From contig CM059432.1 of assembly GCA_030390025.1 (NCBI GenBank), positions 113,772,001-113,836,000 of the forward strand: 64,000 nucleotides of DNA, in the 5' to 3' direction. The position numbers and the translations under genes are program-made. The stretch comes from Squalus acanthias (Eukaryota). Shown here in pieces: positions 36,580 to 47,507 of this stretch (the first letter of the stretch is position 1; the number at the start of each line of letters is the position of its first letter). Below the pieces are notes generated by a model. The model ran no database searches. It saw nothing but the letters and a program-made list of their open reading frames with translations, and was not told where the DNA came from.

Positions 36580-36785
36580 CCCAAACTCTCTTCCCAAGAA
36601 ACTGTTGAGGCTAGGTGAATTGAAAATTTCAAAATTGAGACTGATAGATTTTTGTTAGGCAAGGGTATTAAGGGTTACGGAACCAAGGCGGGTAGATGGA
36701 GTTAAGATACAGATCACCCACGGTCTAATTGAATGGCAGAACAGGCTCGATGTACAGAGTGGCCTACTCCTGTTCCTGTGTTCCT
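36580..36785 (+). mobile_element. CR1 3' end fragment
   Basis: Close match to 17900-18108. Confidence 0.8.
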
Positions 36786-36845
36786 CTCCCTCCTATAAAC
36801 TTGGAATAGAAAGGGTCTCAAATTAAATGTTGGCTCACAATCATT

Positions 36846-37579
36846 GGGGGAGAAATTTGGTATCACCCCGTTTGGAGGCGGTAACTTGAAAGCTGGGAAA
36901 CTTAGCGCCAGGCGCTAATGATTCCCAGCTTTTTCTAACTTCAATGTTTGCGCTCCAGGAAGGAAGTGGAGCGCTAAATCAAGCGCTCCTCTTCCTGGAG
37001 CACTAAAGGTGGCAGGGGGGTTGGCAGTGGTGCAGCGCTGCACAATGGACCGCACAGCACTGCCGCGATCCCAGACTCCTTCCCTCCCTTAAAGGGAAGG
37101 GCCATCGCTGCAGGTTCTGCATTGGGACCAGTTAGCTGGTCCCTGACGGCAGCCACGATCCGGCCCGATCAGCCCCATGCACTCCAGCAGAGTGCCGGGC
37201 TGATTGATTGCGGTCCAGGAGAATTGAAAAAAAGCATTTTCCAAATTTTCCTACTTACCTCGGCAACCTCCCCTCTAACTTCCGCCCCCGAAGCGCCCGG
37301 CCTCCCGAACAACGCCTCCTGTAGCTGTCGATGTTTTCGCCCGGTGATGCTGCAGGGGGCGGAACCGAAGTTCAGGTCCAGGGCGATGCGCATGGCAATG
37401 ATGTCACGATCTCCAGGCGCAGGAGATCGTAGCGCAAAGTGTTACTGTCGCCGCAAACCTCCCGGCCAAGTTAGCGGGAGTCGTTCATCTCGCCGCGGCC
37501 AGGCGGTAAGTCGTTAGTGCCCCGTTATCACCCACCGGAGGTGCTAACGGGAGACGCTAACCCACCAAATTTCTCCCGC
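36846..37579. mobile_element. Harbinger-type MITE
   Basis: GGGGGAGAAATTTGGT ... ACCAAATTTCTCCCGC; internal similarity to 1-799. Confidence 0.8.
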
Positions 37580-40009
37580 AAAACATTTGTTGTTGTCTCC
37601 GAATTACTTTTCTTCCCTCCATCATACCCTAACCCCCCTCCCCACCCCACTACCCAGCAGCTGGATAAAGTCAGCTAAATCAGCACAGACCAGGGATCCA
37701 ACCTGGGACTTTCCTGTTCTTTATGGCTCATTACCATACCAAGCATTACATTTCCCCACCGAACCACCAGTGGAGGTTTTTGACTCTAATTTGTCAATAC
37801 ATGTAAATGGGTTAGAAAAACATGACTTCCATTTAAGTCAAACAGATTGCTCTAGCTGACAAATTTACTTCGTCATTGACAAAGCCCCATGATCAGCCTC
37901 ATACAGCATTTAAATTCTGATGTATACCCATTTGGTCTCAGCAACCTCGGACCTTTTGTGTGTCGAAAGTATTTTTCAGAAGAACTATTAAAAAACACGA
38001 GCATGACTACAGCTTTTTATATTTAAAAAAGGATGTGTCACCTCTGTGTTCTGCAGCATCAGCAATGTTGGAGTAAATGAACAGTTTGCCTCAGTCTAAT
38101 CACTTATCTGGAATGTTCCCTGTAGTGCCTTGTGAAGTTTATTTTTATGATGCACGATCAAATTTATGAATTATTTTTGGTGTACTTAAAATGGTAATAA
38201 AGATTTTAAGATGTGTAAAACTCATTTGGCTGTCCTTGCTTTCATTTCTGTGACTGTTTATGGGAAATCACATCACTTGACAGACTTAACAAACCAGCGG
38301 AATAAGTCACACCAGGTACGCAAATACAAAGTGGTGAACTAGACAGAATTTATTTATCACTTTTAAAGCTTGAAGCCCACGGCCTCCCTACCAAATTGCT
38401 GTTACCATTTGGGCTGTGTCCCAACTCTTTTTATTTGGGTTCATAGCAAATTGCAGTTTCCATAGAGGAACCCATGTTCCCTATGAACTAAAACCTACAA
38501 CTTTTAAAGCATGCAGTGAACAGGAGTAGGGTATCTCCCGGTTAACAATCTACCTTTTGACAATAATATGGCTTTTGAATAGCTCGTGGGATTTCATCAC
38601 GCCTCACTTCATTTCAGAAGCTGGATAATATCAGCTACACCAGACTTTTTTGTAACAGGCTAATCTACTAATCAGATTTATATACAAACAGCATTATTTA
38701 CAGAATAAGTAAGATACTAAACAGCTGCCAAAGGTCTGGAGACAGTTTGCACGGGTTTAAACAAATGAACCGGTCCAACGTGTCTCTGTAACCCTTATAG
38801 AATCATAGGGCTGGAAGCCTGGCGGTATCAGTGCCGGCCAAGGTAACGGCCGCCCGCCGAGAGAGCGCAGGCCGCCCTGGTATTTTGGGGCTGCCTGCTA
38901 ATTAACATCAGCATAGTGTTGATTTTGCGGTGTAACGCGCTCTTTTCAGCGCTAAGCTCAGCAGGAGGCCGAAGGTCACGTCTGTGTACTGCTAGCAGTG
39001 AAGGGGAACGGGGAAGAAAGGCGCGAACCTGTCAGCCGTGTATGGAACAGTTGTCGTATTCGCCACAACAACATTACCTGACACCCGATGTTTGCTGATT
39101 TTTTAATCGTTCATGAAATGAATACATCTGCATTCCCTGTGACACTAATCTTTCCCCACTGGTTACTCCTGAAAGTGTTTAACTGTGCAGTAATCGTGCC
39201 AGCTTTTAGTGGGTCTTACATACTCGACAAAAGTAATTATTTGATAAATAATTGGTTATGGAATTTTGAATAAATTCATTATAATTCCTTAAAATCTTAA
39301 GCATTTGAGTCCAGATTTGCTAGGGGGTAACGTTCTGGTGACGCTATCATAAAGATAAAAGAGATCTTCAAACGTTGCAGTGGAGTTCTAGCCAATCTGA
39401 TGCTCTTTTGGAATTTTTTTGTTTATTTGCTGGGAATCCGCTGAGGGATTTGCAGTTTTGGGCAGGTGTTCAGTTCTGAACTAAAAGCTTGTTCCACAAG
39501 GTTTCACCCACTGATTTACTGACCCACAAACACTGTAGGCCTCCTGGAAAGCCACCAGAAAATGCATCACCCCTGCCCGCTCCCCTCCCCCCTCCCTCCT
39601 CCCCCCTCCACCCACCCACCCCCCGCACTGATGGGCAAAAAATGGAGACGTTTGAAGTTCCGGCATCCATCAGAGCTGTTTTCCACTTGTCAGCCTCCAT
39701 CTTCGTCTACAATCTGCCAAGTCCTGCCAGACTCCTCATGGCATCAATGCTGCTGAAACACTTTTAGCGGCTGCATGCACAGGCGTGCTTTAGAGAGGGC
39801 GGCAATAGGAGCGGCGAAATCCAAAATAGATCAGCGGGCGTCAACGCGGCATTGTACACCGCTTGACCTCACGCTCCGACTCATTACAATGCTTTCGGCG
39901 AGCGCAGGCAACGGCAGCTGCTGCAGGACCCGATGGCAGCGGCGGCCGCCATTTTTCTCCCTGAATCTGGCGGTAACAGGTGGTGCTAAACCCCTGAATT
40001 TTTAACCCA

Positions 40010-41100
40010 AAGAATCTTACAGCACAGAAGGAGGCTATTCGGCCCATCATGCTCGGCTCTTTGAAAGAGCTGTCCAATTTAGTCCCAGTTTTATCCCTAT
40101 AGCCCTGCAAATTAGTTCTCGTCAAGTACATGGTCTTTTGAAAGTTCCTATGGAATCTGCTTCCACCGCCCTTTCAGATAGTGAGTTCCAGATCATAACA
40201 ATCCTCTGTGTGAAGAAATTTCTCATTTCCCCTCTCGTTCTTTTGCCAATTGTTTTAAATCTGTGACCTCTGGTTACCGACCCACTTGCCAGAGGAACAG
40301 TTTCTCCCTACTTGCTCGATCAAAACCCCTCATAGTTTTGAATATCTCTATTAGGTCTCCCCTTAACCTTCTCTGCTCTAAGGAGAACAATCACACCTTC
40401 TCCAATCTCTCCACATAACTGAATTCCCTCATCTCTGGTATCATCCTGGTAAACCTCCTCTGTACCCTCTCCAGGTACCTTTCTAAGGCCTTGACATCTT
40501 TCCTAAAGTGTGGTGTACACAATACTCCAGCTGAGGCCTAACCAGAAGTCAGCTTACTGTCTGCATTATTTTGAACGGGCGTGGGTTAATCGCGCTTCAC
40601 GATCCCCGCACCCTGTTTTCCGGCCTTCTCCAATTTTTAGCCCAATATCTCTACTCCCCCCTCCTCTACTGCAACATTAACTTCTTCTTTTGTGAAGACA
40701 GATGTAAAGTACTCATTCAGTACCTCAATCATGCCCCCTGCCTCCACAAGAAGCCTTATTTTTCCCCCTAATCGGCCCCACCATTCCTTTAACTATCCTT
40801 TAATTTTATACATTTATAAAAGATTGTTTGGTTCCCTTTTATGTTACCCGGTTCTCATACTCTCTCTTTGTCCTTCTTATATCCTTTTTCAATTTCCCCC
40901 TGCACTCTCTGTATTCTGCCTGGTTTTCTACTGTCTTGCATACCTGACATTTGTCATAAACCATCTTTTTCTGTTTTACTTTAACCTTTATTTCCTTTGT
41001 CATCCAGGGAGCTCTAGCTTTGGATGCCCCATCTTTCCTCCTTAGGGGAATATGCTTGGTTTGTACACAAACTATCTTCCTGTCTTGAAGGCCTGCCATG
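40010..41100 (-). mobile_element. CR1 fragments with internal deletions
   Basis: 3' UTR and ORF2 end at 40010-40545; IPLRRKDGASKARAPWMTKEIK at 40839..41126. Confidence 0.8.
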
Positions 41101-41558
41101 AAAAATGACTGAACTCCCCAACACACACTATGTTTTTAGCATTAATTTTGAAGAACAGGCACTTGCTTTGAGATCAATGTGCCAAACAAAGATGATCAAC
41201 TGAAGAATGCCATTTATATGTAGAAACACTACGGATTTTGGACACACTACCGGTGTGCCATGAAAATGATGAGGGCTAATCCCTGCATACTGGGAAATCC
41301 TTTTGCACCTAAAGGATTTAGTCATTTTGGTACAATAGGTGTTTGCAATGAAAGCCATTAACCAGAATGAAGTAGACCAGTCAAAGAAATAGATCAATAG
41401 ATTGATTAATGCATTACAGTCCCCAAACAGATATGGTTAATCAGCTAGGAAGAGCCTTGAAAAACTATTGATGTCAGAAATCTGTCTCCCTTATCATAAC
41501 TTAGACATTCAAAAGTAGAAGGAAGTATAACAACTAATTGCAGACGTGTCCTTTGTCC

Positions 41559-41746
41559 AATCATAGAATGGTTACAGCACAGAAGGAGGCCATTTGGCCT
41601 GTCAAGCCCATGCCGGCTCCCTGCAGGAGCACTTCAGCTAGTCCCACTCCCCCGCCCTTTCCCCGTAGCCCTGCAAAAAAAATTCTTTCAGGTACTTATC
41701 CAATTCCCTTTTGAAAGCCACGATTGAGTCTGTCTCCACCACCCTT
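41559..41746 (-). mobile_element. Short CR1 3' fragment
   Basis: ATCATAGAAT tail; ERVVETDSIVAFKRELDKYLK. Confidence 0.85.
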
Positions 41747-41783
41747 TCAACTGAAGAATACCATTTATATGTAGAAACACTAC

Positions 41784-42405
41784 AGAAAAAGAGGTGAGGG
41801 AGGGGACCTGAGTAGGACTGGAACAAAGAATGCTCCACATATCCCACGAAAAGGCAGGCATAGCTAGGACCCATGCAGGTTCCCATAGCAACACCTTTAA
41901 TTTGGAGGAAGTGAGTGGAGTCAAAGGAGAAATTGTTCAATGTGAGAACAAGTTCAGCCAGGCGGAGGAGGGTGATGGTGGATGGGGACTGGTTGGGCCT
42001 CTGTTCAAGGAAGAAGCGGAGCGCCATCAGGCCATCCTGCTGGGGGATGGAGGTGTAGAGGGATTAGACGTCCATAGTGAAAAGGAGGCGGTTGGGGCCA
42101 GGAAACTGGAAACTGTTAAAGTGGCGGAGGGCGTCGGAAGAGTCGCGATGTAGGTGGGAAGAGACTGGACAAGGGGAGAAAAAATAGAGTCGAGATAGGA
42201 AGAGATAAGTTCTGTGGGGCCAGAACAGGCTGAAACGATGGGTCTACCAGGGCAGTCCTGTTTGTGGATCTTGGGAAGGAGGTAGAAGCGGGCTGTGCGG
42301 GGTTGGGGGACTATGAGGTTGGCGGCCATGGAGGGAAGATTACCAGAGGAGATGAGGTCAGTGACAGTCTTGGAAACGATGGCTTGATGTTCAGTAGTGG
42401 GGTCA
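41784..42405 (-). mobile_element. Penelope-like element reverse transcriptase fragment
   Basis: FYLLPKIHKQDCPGRPIVS and LTLNNFSFDSTHFLQIKGVAMGTCMGPSYACLF are PLE-type RT motifs; frameshifted. Confidence 0.9.
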
Positions 42406-44575
42406 ATAAAGTAGTGTTAGTTAATGGACCTCTGTGTCTGGCTTCATCTTTGACTTTGGAAAGTAGGAGTTTCTTTGGCTGACCTAGCATTGTCTGCAGT
42501 CAAGAAGACAGATAGATGACCTCTTCTCAGGCTTCCACCAATTCCAGGATAAAGCTGCTGTCACATGACATTCCCTTCCTTTTTCATCAGTAAGGGGAAA
42601 TCGGCTTGGGACCTCCCCATAAGTTATGGTTCAATCAGGAAATCAACTTTTAGAGGAGAATGGTGCAAATCCATATCCTACCACACTTCTGCCACAGGCC
42701 ACAGTTGTAAATTGCTGTGCCACTCTGTTATGCTATGATTATTTAAATATTATCTATGCAAAGGAGTAATGTGATTTCTAATTGAGACGATCTGTATTGT
42801 ACTGAATTGTCACACGATCCTAAAGGACATAAAGTGGAGATAATAAAATGTGGAATATGAAAATATGAAAAGACCACTTGGCTCATGGGTTCTATGTGAT
42901 GCACTCAATCTCTTATATAAATTCTTTCTAATCACCAAACAAATCACCCAGACCTGCAGAATATCTAACTGCCTTCATACTTCAATTACCATCATTCGAT
43001 CTTGGCCAGCTGTCCTTTGCAAATACCCTTTTTCTTTCCGTCCCCCAGTCTGGTATCAGGACAGAATTGTGTCCCATGCAGTATTTGATCATCCCCAATT
43101 CCAACCAGACACTTATTTAGCTAATCTTTGAAGCGTATCTATCATGGTGTCAGGGAAACTGTTGGCTGAGGGTTTAGTGGAATCGCAGGGAAATTGGCCA
43201 GGCTTTGGATTTGTCAGGTCCCAGCCCAGGCCACAAGCTTCTGTCAGGACTGTTTGGATGGAGCCTCTGCCTTCCCCAAATTGGCCCATGATGGGAGCTT
43301 CCTTGGCTTTGGCCTACCTATTGCAGAGTGATTTGAGCACCAAGATTACCCTGGTGTACAGGTCGCTCCGTAACAGAAGTAGAACCCACCTTACGGTCCA
43401 GGCCTGCGTCCTGCCCTGGACCCCCAATCAAAACACTGCTTCCATTTGCAGTATTGGCCCTTTTATAAAGTGGACTAATTAGGCATATATAAACTTCTTT
43501 ATAGATCACCATGCAGTTTGCTGACACCTCTTTTCCCGCCCATCCACTCCATAGGCAGGTGCCCAAGATACACCCACAGTGTGGCAGGTGCCTGCTGCTG
43601 CTATTTAAATCAAGTGACTCTGGCGGGATCGTGAGTGGAGGTCGCCACTGCGCTTTCTGCTGGTGGAGAGGGGCCAAAAATCTCGGATCCCCCTCCCCCC
43701 CAAAACTTTTTTAAGACTAAATATTACAATTGTTGATAATAGCAGACAAACGATGAAGGCTGGAATTTTGCCGGTGCTCAGCGGGCGGGATCGGTGGCGG
43801 GTCAGCAGTTAAATGTGAATTGATTGACAGCGGGTCCTGAACCCACTGTCAAATCGTGCACACTTGCCTTTCCCGATGTCGGGTTTGCCAGCGCTGAGCA
43901 GACCTGAAAGGCAGCGGAGGGGACCCAATTCAAATCATTAGTGGTTTGTTTACAGCCACGTAACAATGGTTTTAAACTCACCTTTTGAATTTGATAGCTC
44001 ACCCACCGGTTTCCCGCTGTGCCTAGACCACGTCTGTGAAGCTGAGGCGGGAGGTCAGTGGCCATTGAATCAGCTGATAATTTGACAGCTTTAAATATCA
44101 AGTAAAAGCTCCCACCTTACAGAGATACCTTCCCTCAGCTACAAGCTCTTCCTCACTGCATTTCCACAACAGATTCACCATGCTGCAAGTCTTTACACAT
44201 CTCTCTATCCAGTCTGACCTCATTTCCTCTCTCACCATTGACAGATCGCTTCTGCCATCTATTCCATCAGCATGGGTGCCCTTTATACTCTTGCAGTTTG
44301 GTGCTCAGAATCCCACCACGATCAGCCCCAGCACCAGCAGCACCAGGCACACCAGCAGCACCAACAACAACACCAACCTTCTCCGCAATCAACTGATGCT
44401 GCACAGGACACAGGGTATCAGCACCCGACCACATAGCTGCCCGGGAGGCCAGGGATGGCCTCACCATGGCCAGATTTACTTCACTTGATGCTGTACACCT
44501 TGGCTACCACATGATGCGCCAGGTGGGCACCACCCCACAACAACAGCATAAAGCATCCCTACAATGTCCAAGCCA

Positions 44576-45146
44576 TTCCTTTCACTCCTGGCTCCTGGCT
44601 GGCCTCCCACATTCCACCCTACGTAAACTTGAGGTCATCCAAACTTGGCTGCCTGTGTCCTAACTCGCACCAAGTCCCGTTCGCCCATCGCCGTTGTACT
44701 CGCTGACCTACATTGGCTTCGGTTAAGCAGCGCCTCGATTTCAAAATTCTCATCCTTGTTTTCAAATTACTCCATGGCCTCACCCCTTCCTATCTCTGTA
44801 ATCTCCTTCGGCCCCACAATCCCCCGAGATATCTGCGCTCCTCTAATTCTGCCCTCTTGAGCATCCCTGATTATAATCGCTCAGCCATTGGTGGCTGTGC
44901 CTTCTGTTGCCTAGGCCCTAAGCTCTGGAATTCCCCCCCTAAACCTCTCCGCCTCACTACCTCTCTTTCCTCCTTTCAGACACTCCTTAAAACCTACCTC
45001 TTTGACCAAGCTTTTGGTCACCTGCCCTAATTTATCCTTATGTGGATCGGTGTCAAATTTTTTGTTTTAAAATATTCCTGTGCAGTGGCTTGGGACGTTT
45101 TACTACATTAAAGGCACTATATAAATACAAGTTGTTGTTGTTGTTG
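44576..45146 (+). mobile_element. L2 LINE 3' fragment
   Basis: VLADLHWL, VKQRLDFKILILVFK..GPKLWNS..SSFQTLLKTYLFDQAF; (GTT)n tail. Confidence 0.9.
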
Positions 45147-45724
45147 ACACTCATCACCATTGTGGGGGGTACTGTTATGTCTCACTAAGCCACTTCCAAA
45201 GGTGCACACAAATCTGTCCAAGAACGCAAAGTGTTGAAAATAAAGGTTTCAGTGTTTGACACCAAATTAACAGAAACTTTACATGAACATTGCATGAACC
45301 ACCCAAGTGCCTACCCTTGTGTGTTGTTAGTTGGTATGATTACACTAGGATGATGGTGAGTGTGAGGGGTGGCTAGTGAGATAGGGATGTAATAATATAG
45401 ATAGAGAGAGAGAGGGATGGGTGGGGGTGCAAGGTAAGTTGGTGTGAGGAGGATGTGCAGGAGTAGGGTAGGGAAGGCAGAGTGATGGGGATGTGATGAG
45501 AGGCACAGCAGGGTGAGGTTGAGTGTGACTTTGTACTAACGTTTTGTGATCTAATGAGATCATTGAAACGTTTGTGGCACTGCATCCAGGTCCTCCTGAC
45601 CAGAGCCCTGCTTGTGCCCTCCTCTGCAATGTGCAACCAGGCTGTGTTGATCTCCTGGGGTTGTCTCTTCCAAAATTGAGAGGTCGCACAACACCAGGTT
45701 ATAGTCCAACAGTTGTATTTGAAA

Positions 45725-45766
45725 TCACAAGCTTTCGGAGCTATCGATTGCCCCTTCCTCAGGTGA
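45725..45766 (-). ncRNA. Minimal type I hammerhead ribozyme motif (mirror copy)
   Basis: Exact reverse complement of 45995-46036. Confidence 0.65.
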
Positions 45767-45994
45767 AGTAAATTAGATACAGAATCGCCAAAGCATATAT
45801 AGATAGAGAACAAAGCATGTGTACCTTACAATTGCAGACCACTAAATTAAATCATCCTGACTATCTGCCGAGGTGTGATAAAGTTAATCAAGTCAGCCAG
45901 TCAGGATGATTTAATTTAGTGGTCTGCAATTGTAAGGTACACATGCTTTGTTCTCTATCTATATATGCTTTGGCGATTCTGTATCTAATTTACT

Positions 45995-46036
45995 TCACCT
46001 GAGGAAGGGGCAATCGATAGCTCCGAAAGCTTGTGA
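45995..46036 (+). ncRNA. Minimal type I hammerhead ribozyme motif
   Basis: TCAC-CTGAGGA-A-GGGGC[AATCGATA]GCTCC-GAAA-GC-TT-GTGA: stem I TCAC/GTGA, CUGANGA core, stem II, GAAA, vestigial palindromic helix III. Confidence 0.65.
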
Positions 46037-46874
46037 TTTCAAATAAAACTGTTGGACTATAACCTGGTGTTGTGCGACCTCTCAATTTTGTCCACCCCAG
46101 TCCAACACCGGCATCTCCGCATCATTGTCTCTTCCACCCATGGGAAGGGAAGAGGACCTCCCTGCGTGCTGTGACTCCCTCCATAAGCATATGGAGGGAG
46201 TCATGGGAGAGCCTGGGTGCAGCCCTGTGCCTTTGTCAGTCTTTGCAGCACCTCAATGCTGTAGAACACTGACAGCATAAATGTCAAAATAAAGTTGGCC
46301 ACGGTCCCTTTACGGAAACCAGCTGATGACACGTCATGAAATGTCGTCACCAGACCCGCTTCCTCTAATTGGCTGGGAAATGCGCTGGGCGGGCTTAACA
46401 AGCCCAATCACAGTAAATTCATTTCAGAGGCCGGGATGGAGACAGTAGTTGGGTTGGGACCCGCCACCGATGTTGCCTGCCATGGACCCGCCAAGGTTAG
46501 TAAAATCCCAGCCTAAGTATTTGTATGGCCACCTCTGTCTGCTATTTAGTGGAGCTGTCATTCCATTTATTTTAAATGGGTTAATATCTCTGCTAAAATA
46601 GCATCATAGAATAGAATGATTACAGCACACAAGGTGGCCATTCGGCCCATTGAGCCCGTGCCGGCTCTCGGGCCTACCTTTTTCTCCGGCCGCTCCTCTC
46701 GCTCTCCCGAGAGGAGCGGCTGGAGATAGCTGAGTGAGGAATGCCATATGAATGCACTAAGTGTTTGGCCAATATTGTCGCCAACAGTAATTTCTAGTCT
46801 GCAATATCTAGTCTTGGTTCAGCCTTTTCGAACCGGTTTCTTTTTGTTCTTCACCTACAGCTCTATTGGCTCTT

Positions 46875-47507
46875 CTATTTTCTGAATGGTGAGAAACTCG
46901 GAACTGTGAAGGAGCAAAGGGATTTGGGAGTCCATGTACACAAATCACTAAAAGCTAGTGCACAGGTACAAAAAGTCATCAAAAAGTCGAATGGGATGTT
47001 GGCCTGTATCTCAAGAGGGCTGGAATACAAGGGGGAGGAAGTTATGCTTCAGCTGTACAGAGCCTTGGTCAGACACCATCTGGAGAACTGCATTCAGTTT
47101 TGGGCGCTCCACCTCAGGAAGGATATATTAACCTTGGAGGGGTTTCGTATAGTTTCACCAGAATGATACTGGGGCATAAAGGGTTAAATTATGAAGGCAG
47201 ATTACACAGACTTGTCTTGTATACCCCTGAGTTTTAAAGGTTGAGGGGGCACAATCTTACAATTACAGCTGGGCCCTTTAGAAGTGACATCAGTAAGCAC
47301 TTTTTCACATGAATCTGAAACTCCCCAAAAAGGCGGTTCAATTGAAATTTTCCAGACTGTTTTCGATAGGCTTTTATTAGGTAGGGGTATCAAGTGATGT
47401 GGATCAAAGGCGGGTAAATGGAGTTCAGGTACAGATCAGCCGTGATCTAATAGAATGGTGGAACAGGCTCGAAGGGTGAATGGCCTACTCCTGCTCCTAT
47501 GTTCCCA
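46875..47507 (+). mobile_element. CR1 3' fragment
   Basis: EQRDLGVHVHKSLK..LYRALVRHHLENCIQFW; 3' UTR. Confidence 0.85.

Larger units (their letters stand above)
45671..46124. mobile_element. Palindromic non-autonomous Penelope-derived element (192-bp inverted arms plus 34-bp tail)
   Basis: Arms 45671-45862 and 45899-46090 with 1 mismatch, 36-bp spacer; TSD TTGTCTCTTCCA at 45661-45672 and 46125-46136. Confidence 0.85.
43758..46513. mobile_element. Harbinger derivative with Myb/SANT remnant (minus), hosting an L2 fragment and a Penelope-derived palindrome
   Basis: GGCTGGAATTTT ... AAAATCCCAGCC termini; minus strand LMEGVTARREVLFPSHGWKRQPQEINTAWLHIAEE..RTWMQCHKRFNDL once the insert is removed. 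Confidence 0.75.

Noticed and set aside
38807..40008. Possible further Harbinger-type element
   Set aside because: GC-rich ends resemble the family, but TIRs and TSD could not be matched convincingly.
45671..46090. DNA-transposon MITE or pre-miRNA interpretation of the palindrome
   Set aside because: One-sided tail, 10-13-bp TSDs and the hammerhead motif fit Penelope-type retrotransposition better.
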